In this document: piece by piece, positions 23,664 through 35,624 of the stretch
Layout: every line of letters begins with the position of its first letter
Numbering within the stretch: the stretch's first letter is position 1
Source of the DNA: Octopus bimaculoides
Lineage: Eukaryota
DNA: 64,000 bases
Assembly (NCBI RefSeq): GCF_001194135.2
Contig: NC_068990.1
Span: forward strand, 68,176,801-68,240,800
Direction: 5' to 3'
The notes under the pieces: generated by a model
What the model was told of the DNA's origin: nothing
Databases searched by the model: none
What the model saw: only the letters and a program-made list of their open reading frames with translations
Position numbers and translations under genes: made by a program

Positions 23664-24053
23664 CTTGTTACCATATTTTGTTGAAATACACTGACTTTAT
23701 TTCAATCAATTTTGAAAATAGTGAAGAATTTAGAAAAATGAGTCATTATTAATTAACCTGATAGTTTGGAAATAAATTAATATGAAATTTTGATGGAATG
23801 CTTTTTTTTTTTATTTCAATCACTTTAAGCCTTTTGTTACCATATTTCTATTGAAATATACTGAGTTTGTTTTAATTAATTTTAAAAATAGCAAAGAATT
23901 TAGTAAAATAACTTTGTCATTATTAATTAAGTTGATGTTTGGAAATAAATTAACATGAAATTTTGATGAAAGGTTTTAATTTAAATCACTTTAAAGCAAG
24001 AAGTTTGTATCATAGAACCAGGAGTGGTCTCCAGGGTGTTGGTATCAAAAGGG
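23664..24053 (-). mobile_element. piggyBac-type MITE, family 2 (23829-24053), preceded by a partial tandem copy (23664-23828)
   Basis: TTAA(23825-28)|GCCTTTTGTTACC...GGTATCAAAAGGG|TTAT. The upstream ~165 bp repeats the first two thirds of the element. Confidence 0.7.
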
Positions 24054-27024
24054 TTATGACCTCACTGTTCAACAGTTCCAATACCACTGTAATGTACCTT
24101 TAGGGAAAGTATATAATTTTGTTCACATCTAACTGTTTTATGCTTGACTGACTAACAGGGTGAAAAACATCTTGCAGTAAATACTTCTGTTCCAATAAGT
24201 GAATATCAGACTTTGCCAAAAACAGAACATCCAGACTTTCATTAATGTACCATTTGCTCAGTTGAGGAATGAGTTTGTGCAATTTAAGAAAGATATTAAT
24301 GTTTAACTTCTTTGAGCAAACACAAATGGGTTGGTTGATGTGAGATAGAGGTCTTCAGCTTATTTCTTTCCCATTTTCCTCAATTATTTTTCAAGTCAAA
24401 TATAGGCAAAACTTTGTTACAAGGAAACATAATAATGCCTGTAATAAGATATGAACTGGCACAAGGTGAATTTACTATTTTCTTTCTTTCTTTTTGATTG
24501 ATCTTGCTTCAACCATTATTGATTTGTGTTCATAGCCTCATTTCTAGAATGACTTCATCCACTAAACTGAAGTACCAGGAGATGTATTGATTGGACATTG
24601 TTTTAATAATAAATCGAAATGAAAGAAGATAATGATCCGAAGAATTGGACAAAACAATAGCAACTTGTTTCAGGAACACAGGAGCTGAAACCAGCTAATT
24701 TGCAACCCCTATTGTTGTTAGAGTGATAACCTTTCTTCATTAAATTTCATTTATTTCTTTTCCTTTTGTAACATTAATTAATAATATACTTTCGTGAGAA
24801 GGACCCTGCCACCACAAAGAAGAAAAAAAACAAAAACAAAAATACGAGAACCTCTAGTTGTTTCCTAGCTTAATTACCATACATAACAAATAAGCAACAC
24901 TTGTTTCCTTTGTATATATGCACATACACATACACACAAATATACACACACACACACACATATATATACATACACAGACAAATATATATATACACACACA
25001 TATATATATCCATACACACACATACACATATATGCATCATATTTTATATACATAAACACACACAGACACACGCACCATACACATACACACATATAGATAC
25101 AAACACATAGAAATAGGCATCTGTGGGTGGGAGGCAATCATTTTTCTCTCTAATTCAGCAATTTGTATAAACTACGCTCCTTTCCTGTCTGGTTAGTTTT
25201 AATAGTTTTAAAAACACTTATGTTTTTCTTTGCTGCTGCTTAATTTTTCCAAGTTATTTTCTCTTGAGAATTCTATGTTATTAAGCGAAAACATATTAAA
25301 AGACAATACAACATATAATTCTTCAACTTAGCCATCCAGCTCATTATCAGATTTTGGTTGATGGCTTAATGATGCTATTCCAAGATTCCTGATACTTTAA
25401 TCATACCGATCAGTTCAATCACTTCAGAGCAGAATCTGAGTTAGATTAGGGGCATCTTATAAATAAATTTTTATTAGATTTGTCTGCTAATATGATTAAC
25501 AGTATGTCATCATCTCTGTTTATCCATCCCCTTGTTATTGTATTTTCACTATGACTGCATTGTGTGCAAATAGTGATAGTTAGGAGAGCTATGATACTTT
25601 TACTTGGCATCAGATAAAATGTGTCACGTTTATTTTGAGACTCAGCATTTTAAGCTCAAAACCTATGGAAGTCAATCTTGCCTTTCATATTTTCAGGGTT
25701 GATAAAATAAAGTACCGGTCAAATACTAGGAATAATATAATCGTCAATTACCCTCTGCTGTTGATGATCTTTTTTGACCAACAAGGTGACCAATGGGATC
25801 CAAACATTGCAACACTAATGGAAGAAATGTGTAGACAGCAAGGAGGACTATGTTGAAAAATTTACTTCATTTGGTCACATTCCATGAGAGTTTCTTGGTC
25901 AGCCCACATACATACACACACACATATACACATACACACGCATATATACACATACACATGCCTACATCCATATGTACATATATACACATATACATGCATG
26001 TATATATATATATATATATATATANNNNNNNNNNNNNNNNNNNNNNNNNNNNNNNNNNNNNNNNNNNNNNNNNNNNNNNNNNNNNNNNNNNNNNNNNNNN
26101 NNNNNNNNNNNNNNNNNNNNNNNNATATATATATATACATATGCATACATGCATATGTACGTATCTGTATATATATATATATATATATACACACACATAT
26201 ATATGTACACAAGCACACACATATATAATTCAGGCTGGAGAGAGAATATATAAAAATCTACAAGCTGAAAGGGAGTAATGTAAAGCCAATTTATTAACAG
26301 ACAAGATCAATCATACGTAAACAAACCAACTACAAAGTTTCCTATTGGGACCATTTACACATAAAACAAATGGACAATAAATCATAAGGAATTTTTTCTT
26401 TTAAATAACTACAGATAAAACAATAACCGTATTTCCCACCTCGTTCCAAAAATATATAACTGCTGTTCCTCAGGGAGGGTTCTTTTCAAGAACAATAGCA
26501 TGAACAATAGCAAGTGTATCAACCATTTGGCAACAACTAATCTTTCCTACTGCCATGACAATGTTTTTCTTGTTTATTGTAGTAATTGGTATATAACTTA
26601 CAATGCTGTATCTCTAAAGAAATTTAAACATTGAGTAACACAGCAGTAGAATTTACAGTTATGATGGGTTAACAGCTTTAGTAGTAAGGAGTTAAACTTC
26701 TCTTGCTGAAGTTCATTTGAAATTTATATAATCACCTTTCAATTTTGATGTCATAACTGTACAAAAGGTCAGAGTTTGATATGCAAGTCATATTATTGTG
26801 CATGACATGAAATACCTGAACAAGTTAATAAAATAAAGCACTTTTATCTACATGTGTATCTACATACACACACACACAGGTATGTATGTATTTATACACA
26901 CACACATATATATACAGACATATGTAGATATACAGACTTGTGTATGTATAAGTATGTATATATTTATATACACATTATATATATATATATGTATGTATAT
27001 TCATGTAGATCTGTTGTATGTGTA

Positions 27025-27079
<55 letters not shown>

Positions 27080-27295
27080 TAAAGAAAAAAGGGAACTGAA
27101 GAAACAGAGTGTTCCATAGATACATTCTCCCTTTTTTTTTTTCTCATTTCACAAATTTCAAATCTTGCAGATCTAATATCCAATACTTTCTATTAAACCT
27201 CTCCAAAGTACAGAACATAAATATTACCATTCTTAAGGAGATCCTACATTTACTGTTATTATCAGGCTCCAGTTCCAAATGTGTGTTTACATATA

Positions 27296-27719
27296 GAGAC
27301 ACAGGTATGGCTGTGTGGTAAGATGCTTGCTTCTCAACCACATAGTTCCAGGTTCAGTGGCACTTTGGGCAAGTGTCTTCTACTGTAGCCTCAGGCTGAC
27401 CAAAGCCTTATGAGTGGATTTGGTAGACGAATATTGAAACAAGCCCATGATATATATTTGTATGTGTGTATGCATGTGTGTGTGTGTGTGCATCTGTGTT
27501 TGTCCCCTGCCTCCATTTGACAACCGGTGTTAGTGTGTTTATATCCCTGTAACTTAGTGGTTCAGCAAAAGGGACTGATAGAATAAGTACCAGGCTTACA
27601 GGAAAAAAATAAAATAAAAATAAGTACTGAGGTCGATTCATCTGACTAAAAATTATTTGTGGCAGTGCCCCAGCATGGCCTGCAATCTGATGACTGAAAG
27701 AAGTAAAAGATAAAAGATA
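27296..27719 (+). mobile_element. SINE-A, full length
   Basis: Head TGGCTGTGTGGTAAG...GGTTCAGT, core, (TG)n centre and A-type 3' module. Confidence 0.88.
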
Positions 27720-27732
27720 TATACACACATAT

Positions 27733-27847
27733 AAACTCTTTTACTTGTTTCAGTCATTTGACTGCAGCCATGCTGGAGCACCGCCTTTAGTCGAGCAAAT
27801 CGACCCCAGGACTTATTCTTTGCAAGCCTAGTACTTATTCTATCGGT
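27733..27847 (-). mobile_element. Young 5'-truncated SINE-A 3' fragment, tail-to-tail with the preceding copy
   Basis: CTCTTTTACTTGTTTCAGTCATTTGACTGCAGCCATGCTGGAGCACCGCCTTTAGTCGAGCAAATCGACCCCAGG with CpGs intact. Confidence 0.88.
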
Positions 27848-28025
27848 CAATCTTATTCTATCTATATATTCATTTACATACAAAAACACATATGTTTATG
27901 TCTGTGTTTGTGCGTGTGTTTTAGTGTCTCCTTGCAGTGACATCATGTGATTGTTGTAAAAAAGTATCCCTATCATATAAGCAGTATCATTCATTTGCAT
28001 AAAACATGTCCAGCCCTGAGAATAT

Positions 28026-28239
28026 CTTCTTTTCTACTCTAGCACAAGACCTAAAATTTCTGAGGAGGGGCCAGTCGATTAGATCAACCCCAGTATGCAA
28101 GTGGTACTTAATTAATCGACCCCAAAAGGATGAAGGGCAAAGTTGACCTCGGCAGAATTTGAACTCAGAACATAAGACAGATGAAATACCACAATGTATT
28201 TTGCCCAACATGCTAACGTTTCTGCCAGCTCGCTGCCCT
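28026..28239 (-). mobile_element. SINE-B nested in an alternative SINE-A 3' module (27900-28440)
   Basis: Full SINE-B with an approximate TSD AGCCCTGAGAATAT (28012-25) / AGCCCTCAGGATAT (28240-53). Confidence 0.8.
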
Positions 28240-28470
28240 AGCCCTCAGGATATATTACCTTGCCTGGAAACATGTGAGGGTTGGTGACATGAAGAGCATA
28301 CAGCTGTAGAAAATCGGCATCATTAAATTCCATCAAATTCTGCCAAGGTCAACTTTGCCTTTCATCCTTTCGGGGTTGATTATTTAAGTACCAGTTCATG
28401 TCAGTACAAAAAAGTAGAAGTTAAAACAAAGATGATGATGACGATAAATTTTCGAGACAACATACCACAA

Positions 28471-28686
28471 TTCTTTTCGTCTCTAGGCACAAGGCCCAAA
28501 AGTTTTGGGGAGGGGACCAGTCAATTAGCTCAACCTCAGTATGCAACTGGTACTTAATTTATCGACCCCAAAAGGATGAAAGGCAAAGTCGACCTCAGTG
28601 GAATTTGAACTCAGAACATAAAGACAGACGAAATACCACTAAACATTTCGCTCGGCATGCTAACGTTTTTGACAGCTTGCTGCCTT
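28471..28686 (-). mobile_element. SINE-B, full length
   Basis: Reverse complement AAGGCAGCAAGCTGTCAAAAACGTTAGC...GAGTTCAAATTCCACTGAGGTCGACTTTGCCTTTCATCCTTTTGGGGTCGATAAATTAAGTACCAG. Confidence 0.88.
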
Positions 28687-29076
28687 AACAACAAACCAAT
28701 ATTAACATAGTTATGTATTCTGGGGCACAATTCACCACTATCATCATGCCCTACTTCCAAGAGAAATATTTTATATTTATTAAGACTTCTTTGAAATATT
28801 CATCATTTAGATGATTTGTATTTCCGTACATAAATGCATGTGTATGTATGGGTATGAATATGTATGTGTATCAGTGTGCATGTATGCATATGCAAATGTG
28901 TGCATGTGTACATATGTGTTTGTATATGTATGCACGTGTCTATGTGAGCATGTGTCTGTGTGTGTGTATAAGTGTGAGTATATGTTTGCGTATGGACATA
29001 CAAATGTCTATATGTATATGTGTGCATGTTTATGTATATATATGCACATGTCTATGTGTGCATGAGTATGTATGTA

Positions 29077-29107
<31 letters not shown>

Positions 29108-29599
29108 ATATGTGTATGTGTATGTGTAAAACAACCTCAGTAGAAGGCAAGGTAGTTAAAATTGGTCACAGGTTGCCAGTCTGAAACCATGTATGATCTG
29201 CAACAGATAACAAGATCAATCGATGGACTTGAATGGACTCCAAATACACAATCAATGGAAATTTCCACTACCTGCACCACTGCAGACCAGTTATTGCTTG
29301 AACAGAGCTGCTTAAGTCATTGCTGATAAAGCTAAGCGGTCTTAAATAGATATCTCAGCTCAAAGATTGATAAAAAGGAACCAAAAGCTTTGTTTGTGTG
29401 CTTGATATGACAGTATATGTTGGTTATATGCTTAAGTGAAATGCAGTGTCATTTCAAAGTTTAAAACCATTGCTGATTTTAGAATGCTCCACAGACTTTG
29501 GTCTGATGTATTTCATGTTTTATATTTGGTTTCTATATACTCACAAATAGTGAAGCTTCACACACACACACACACACAAACACACACATATAATTAGAT

Positions 29600-30560
29600 T
29601 TTCTCAGATGTGTGCCTGGTTTCACACAGTGTGACCTTGTTCCCCAACACTATTCAAGGTCTTCTTCTCTATGGTTTTCCTGCACATTTTAAAGGACTTC
29701 AACAAGAGTGTATTATACAATATATATATTAGGTCGATTTTTCAATAACAAAGACTCCCCAATGTTTGGTGCATGATCTCTTGTACGCTGACGAGTGTGC
29801 CTTTGTCATACACTATACTGGGATGCAAAACCTGATGGAAAGACTTTCACTCTGCTGCAAAGCCTTTGGCGTCACCACCAGCCTTGACAAAACTGTTGTA
29901 ATACACCACCAGCCTGTGCCTGGATTGCCATGCATAAAGCCAGCCATGGTGATGGCTACAAAATGAAGGTGGTTGATGAGTTTACATAACTGGGTAGCAT
30001 TGTTAACCAATACTGTTCTTCAGATGATAAAAATCACTGCATGAATGTAAAAAGGCCATTAATGCTTTTGCTGCTTTGAAGGTCATGTCTGGTCCCAGAG
30101 AGCCTTGAAAAATAACACCAAGTTGACTGTCTACAACAACTGCATATTGACATGCCTATTATTTTCATGTGAAAAATGAATAGTGTACCACTGTCACCTA
30201 AAAGTACTTTAGCACTTCCATGAGCAGTATTTGAGACACATCCCGGGTATCCACCAAGGAACTCATACCCCTGACATAGATATTTTAGAAAGAGCCAATG
30301 CAGTGAGTATTGAGGCCCACATCCATTGTCGCTGTATGTTGTGCATCTTGATGACTGTAGAATTCTCAAGCAAATGTGGTATGGCAAACTGTCACAAGGC
30401 ACTCATCCACAACATAAGCCAAGAAAGTGATTCAAGGACAACCTGAAAGGAATCACTTGATATCTGTGAGATTTCAGGACAGAAATGGAAAGACATAGTA
30501 CATGAGAGGAAAACCTGGAAGCAAAAAGTTTATGATGGAGTGGCAGGAAAGCCATTTAGC
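29600..30560 (+). mobile_element. Decayed RTE-clade LINE, RT C-terminal half
   Basis: PTLFKVFFSM...DLLYADECAF...GMQNLMERLSLCCKAFGVTTSLDKTVV..QPVPG, followed by frameshifted RTE-like C-terminal segments (DILERANAVSIEAHI). Confidence 0.85.
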
Positions 30561-31535
30561 AATAAAACATTGCTTCGATAATATATTTGTTTCCCCATGT
30601 TAGCATGGGGGGAAACAACAAGAGTAAAATCAAGCAGACAAATGGACAGACAGACAGGTAAATATGCAAAGCCCATATATAAGAATTTAATACTTATGTG
30701 AATATACATATGTATGAGTGAGAATTAACAAACCATTACTGACACACTTTGATATCTAAATCATTATTCTTCATTTTGTAAATACATCCCATGTAACCGA
30801 CCATGGCTTTTTAACCTCATTTGAATCAAAACTTTAATTTTCTATGTCTGTCTTGTCAGTATTCATTTCTAAAGATCAATTTACTGAAAAACTGAAAACA
30901 ATCATAAAATTATCTGAAAAAGGGCCAAGATAGTCTCTAAAGAAATACAAATAAAAAAACAAAAAACAATGTTTTTCTAGTCTTTTTTAAATAACTAAAC
31001 TGAAGTTTTTCTTCCAAAGAGTATCAAATTCGTTTTTCATTATTTTCTCTTCCTGTTATAGACACACATACACAGTTATTTTATTGTAGAAACATGGAGT
31101 TTTTACAACAAAATAGATAAGACTTCATACATCAGAAATCAAACATTTCATCAATCTCATCACAATGTAAACATTGAATAATATTATTGTAATAAACATA
31201 CATAGACAGACAGACAGACACTGTTTTTCACAATGTACTGAAGTGATGGATAGTAAACAATTGAAACAAATGTATGTGACTCCTGAACAATATCAAATAT
31301 GCTTCAAGTGGTATTATGTTTATATGGGATGGGAGAGAGAGAAGACAGTATGAAAGACTTAAAAACTGAAACATCTTTGCTTCTATTTTCGTATGTAAGT
31401 ATATATACAGCTGTTTTCAGTTTTATTTTTCTATACAACCAATCAGAGGATATGCTTTGAAAAATAGAATATTCTATACTATTTAGATTTACACCACTGA
31501 TTTTGTCATTCCTATTGGTAAGTAGGTAACTGTAA

Positions 31536-31764
31536 GGCAGCGAGCTGGCAGAAACGTTAGCACGCCGGGCGAAATGCTTAGCGGTATTCCGCTCATCGCT
31601 ACGTTCTGAGCTCAAATTCCGCCGAGGTCGACTTTGCCTTTCATCCTTTCGGGGTCGATACATTAAGTACCAGTTACGCACTGGAGTCAATGTAATCGAC
31701 TTACTCCCTTTGTCTGTCCTTGTTTGTCCCTTCTATGTGTAGCCCCTTGTGGGCAATAAAGAAA
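31536..31764 (+). mobile_element. Young SINE-B with a distinct tail and a 17-bp TSD
   Basis: CpG-rich intact copy; TAAGTAGGTAACTGTAA at 31519-31535 and 31765-31781. Confidence 0.93.
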
Positions 31765-32045
31765 TAAGTAGGTAACTGTAAATAGACACAAGGCTTGAAA
31801 TTTTGGAGGAGTGAGTTAGTATACTTGATCCTTAATTTTTATATGAAACCTAAAAGACAAAGTTGATTTTGGCAGGATTTGAACTCAGAACAAAGGGCTG
31901 GGACAAACTGCAAAGAAATTACTTGGACATTACCATTTTTGCCCACAAGACAGATTATGAAAGCTACAATACATTACGCACAGTAAGGCTCAACTGAATA
32001 CCTGCTCAAGAAGTCAGTACTCCAAAAGTTGAAACAAGCACATTC

Positions 32046-32403
32046 TTCTATCTTTTACTTGTTTCCGTCATTAGACTGCAGCCACAAAATGGAGCACCAC
32101 TTTGAATTTTTAAGTCAAATGAATTGACCCCGGTGATTTTGTTTATTTCAAACCTGGTACATATTCTATCAGTCTCTTTTGCTGAACCACTAAGTTATGG
32201 GGACATAAAGAAACCAACACCAGTTGTCAATTGGTGGTGAGGAACAAATACAGACACTCACTCACACTCACAAACACACAACTTAGGTGAGACCGAGGTT
32301 ATAGTAGAAGACACTCGCTGAAGGTGCCACACAATGGAATTGAACCAGAAACCATGTGGTTTGGAAGCAAGCTTTTTACCACACAGTCATGCCTGTGCCT
32401 GTA
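32046..32403 (-). mobile_element. SINE-A, internally deleted
   Basis: Reverse-complement 3' module from 32046; the head ends at CACACAGTCATGCCTGTGCCTGTA. Confidence 0.8.
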
Positions 32404-32567
32404 TACATTGTATTATACAATATTACCATTATTGATGTGTTGCTGTAAAATTAGTAATTCCATAGGAAAGGTAACAATGTCCCAAATTCAGTTCTATATT
32501 TAAGAGATGAGGAATTACGTATATTATTTACAACTGACAGATATTTGTCCTCATCTTGTTTGTTGCT

Positions 32568-32613
32568 AACACTACGTTTCGGCTGATATACCCTCCAGCC
32601 TTCATCAGGTGTC
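32568..32613 (-). ncRNA. Minimal type I hammerhead ribozyme (GUA triplet)
   Basis: Minus strand: GACAC CTGATGA A GGCTG-GAGGGTATAT-CAGCC GAAA CGTA GTGTT. Confidence 0.8.
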
Positions 32614-32836
32614 TTGGGGAAATTTCAAACCTGGGTTCTCATTCCTAAGGTATTTTTCAATGTTACTATCATTATTATTATTATTATTATTCAGGTCACT
32701 GCTTGGAATGGAACTCAGAATCTTTGAGTTAGTAGCCTGTGCTCTTAACCACTACACCCACAGGCATATGGTGAAGTGGTTAAGAGCACAGGCTACTAAC
32801 TCTAAGATTCCAAGCTCCATTCCAGGCAGTAACCTG

Positions 32837-32903
<67 letters not shown>

Positions 32904-32950
32904 TTGAAAAATGCCTTAGGAATGAGAACCCAGGTTTGGAATTTCCCCAA

Positions 32951-32996
32951 GACACCTGATGAAGGCTGGAGGGTATATCAGCCGAAACGTTGTGTT
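32951..32996 (+). ncRNA. Minimal type I hammerhead ribozyme (GUU triplet)
   Basis: GACAC(32951-55) CTGATGA(32956-62) A GGCTG-GAGGGTATAT-CAGCC GAAA(32984-87) CGTT GTGTT(32992-96). Confidence 0.75.
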
Positions 32997-33383
32997 AACA
33001 ACAAACAAGATGAGGACAAATATCTGTCAAATGTAAATAATTAAAAAATGCCCCAAATTCCCAAATTTTCTCATTCTGATTTCATGTAAAGTTTCCTGTA
33101 GCCTAAAATACCATAAAATTTCACAATATATTTTTCCTCTACCATGGCAAAGGGGTTACTTAGTTCCAAAAAGCAGTGATAAATGAATCATCGCCATGCA
33201 CTTTGTAAAAGGAATTCATGGTAGATTCATTGACACAAAACTCTTAGCTCACAGAAGTGAAGATTCTACCATCACATATTTTCTTGATCATTTCTACCTT
33301 GATACACTCATCTGTATAATTTGTAGAATCAAACACCTTTGTAATTTTTTTTCTGTTCATTGGTCCCATGCTCATATGTACAG

Positions 33384-33750
33384 TGGAGGCGCAATGGCCT
33401 AGTGGTTAGGGCAGCGGACTCGCGGTTTCAATTCCCAGACCGGGCGTTGTGAGTGTTTATTGAGCGGAAACACCTAAAGCTCTACGAGGCTCTGGCAGGG
33501 GATGGTGGCAAACCCTGCTGTACTCTTCGACCACAACTTTCTCTCACTTCCTGTTTCTGTTGTGCCTGTAATTCAAAGGGTCAGCCTTGTCACACTGTGT
33601 CACGCTGAATATCCCCAAGAACTACGTTAAGGGTACACGTGTCTGTGGAGTGCTCAGCCACTTGCACGTTAATTTCACGAGCAGGCTGTTCCGTTGATTG
33701 GATCAACTGGAACCCTTGACGTCGTAAGCGATGGAGTGCCAACAACAAAA
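33384..33750 (+). mobile_element. SINE-C, full length, 10-bp TSD
   Basis: CATATGTACA at 33373-33382 and 33751-33760; (CAA)n tail. Confidence 0.92.
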
Positions 33751-34383
33751 CATATGTACAACTATATAAAAAAAATACACAGCTTGACAGTGCAATCATA
33801 TGAACAGCGGTGACAGTCAGTGCATTCTGGGTAACTGAGCAGAGTGGGTGGTCAGTGGGAAGCATTTTTATGGTAGAAACAGAATCTTTGACTGATCGTC
33901 AACCTGGGTTATCACACATCAATCTGTGGCAGGTGCAACATGATTCACAACTGAGCATACCATATCATCCTGGTTCAGCATTGAAGGCATCAGTGATGAA
34001 CAAGACTACATGTATATGCACTCATCTACTGAGGAAGTGAGGGCTGAGATTCATACTTTCCCAAAAAACTCAATATTATATAAATTGTACATCATACTGA
34101 ATATTTTTAAAAATATGTATATATATATATTCTCTCTGTATTTCTTTCTTAGTTAGTCATTTCTTTTCTCTATAATTTTACCCTTATATCAATACTGCAT
34201 TCACACAAAATTTACAATTCACAATATATATTTAGCTAACCCACACTCTAACCAATCAAAACTTTGTTTTTTTCCCATCATTTTCTCCTTTGTGCCTTCT
34301 TCCAATCAACCTCAATACCATTCATACAACTTTGTAATTTCAATATACATATGTGTGCGTGTGTGTGATATGTATATGCATCT

Positions 34384-34449
<66 letters not shown>

Positions 34450-35624
34450 CTACTTTCTCCTGAAAATTATGGCATTAAATATCTAATACTTTATGAATTC
34501 CATAGATACATAAAATAAACTTACTTTTATGAAGGAGGATAATAGGAATCAAGCAGATTTGTAAAATAAAATAAAACAATTTTAAATAAAATCAAATCTA
34601 ATAAAATAAAATAAATATTTTAGCAAATACAAAAAGTGAAAATTTAACAAATGAAATTCAGAATCTTTTTTCCCCTCATTCTTTATTCAATGTGAGAAAT
34701 AGAAAATTACAAAATGCACCAACTATTTGTTATTCCTATTTTTTGTTCTTTTACTTTATTTACTTATTTATTTATTTATTCAGCTTGAAAGAACCATTTT
34801 AGCAATAAGCAATATTGAGACTTTAAATGACTTTATCAAAATTTTATTACAGCCATTTTGATTTGTCTGGTGATTGTGACTTAAGTTAATCCTTTTCACC
34901 AGGCTACAATGGTTCATAGAACTGGCTGCTACTTAACACTGGCTTTTGCTGAAGCATGAAATAGAAGAAAAGACAAATGACCTCTCCCATCCTTGGATAA
35001 GATACTATTATACCACTGATTAACAGTCTATATGTGTTTGTGTTTATCTGTTTGTCTGTGTGGACACTATGTTTATATCTGTTTGTCTGTATATAGATAA
35101 GGCTTTCAGCAAACTACAATGGCTGAGTGAATTAATGTTGGTTTATATAGATAAAATGATAGTCTATCTGAAGTCAATTTCCACTAACAGTTGAAGCTAG
35201 TACATAGTAACCAAGATGTAATGAGACAATTATTATCAAATGTTTAACCCAATATAAGAAAACTGTACAACACTACCCAATCTAGAGACAGATGTGAAAC
35301 CCTGAGAATACAATCTCACATAGTGATGAGGGTGAGAATGATTGAAATTGTATTACATATGTCATACAGGCACAGGTATGGCATCTTAAGTGTCTTGTAC
35401 TATAGCCCTGGATCGATCTAAATTTGAGTGGTAGATGGAAACTGAAAGAAATTTGTTGCATGTGTGTGGCAGTGTTAGAAAGGGCATTCAGCCTTGAAAA
35501 CCATACCAAAACAGACAGTGAAGCCTAGTGCTGTCTTCTGCCAGCTCCTGTCAAACCGTCCATTCCATGCCAGCATGGAAAACAGATATTAAATGATGAT
35601 GATGATGATGATGTACATGTATGT

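Larger units (their letters stand above)
32489..33040. mobile_element. Palindromic element of two divergent arms, each a tRNA-like head, microsatellite and hammerhead ribozyme
   Basis: 32489-32752 is the reverse complement of 32776-33040 apart from the microsatellite and a few substitutions; centre ~32764. Confidence 0.88.
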
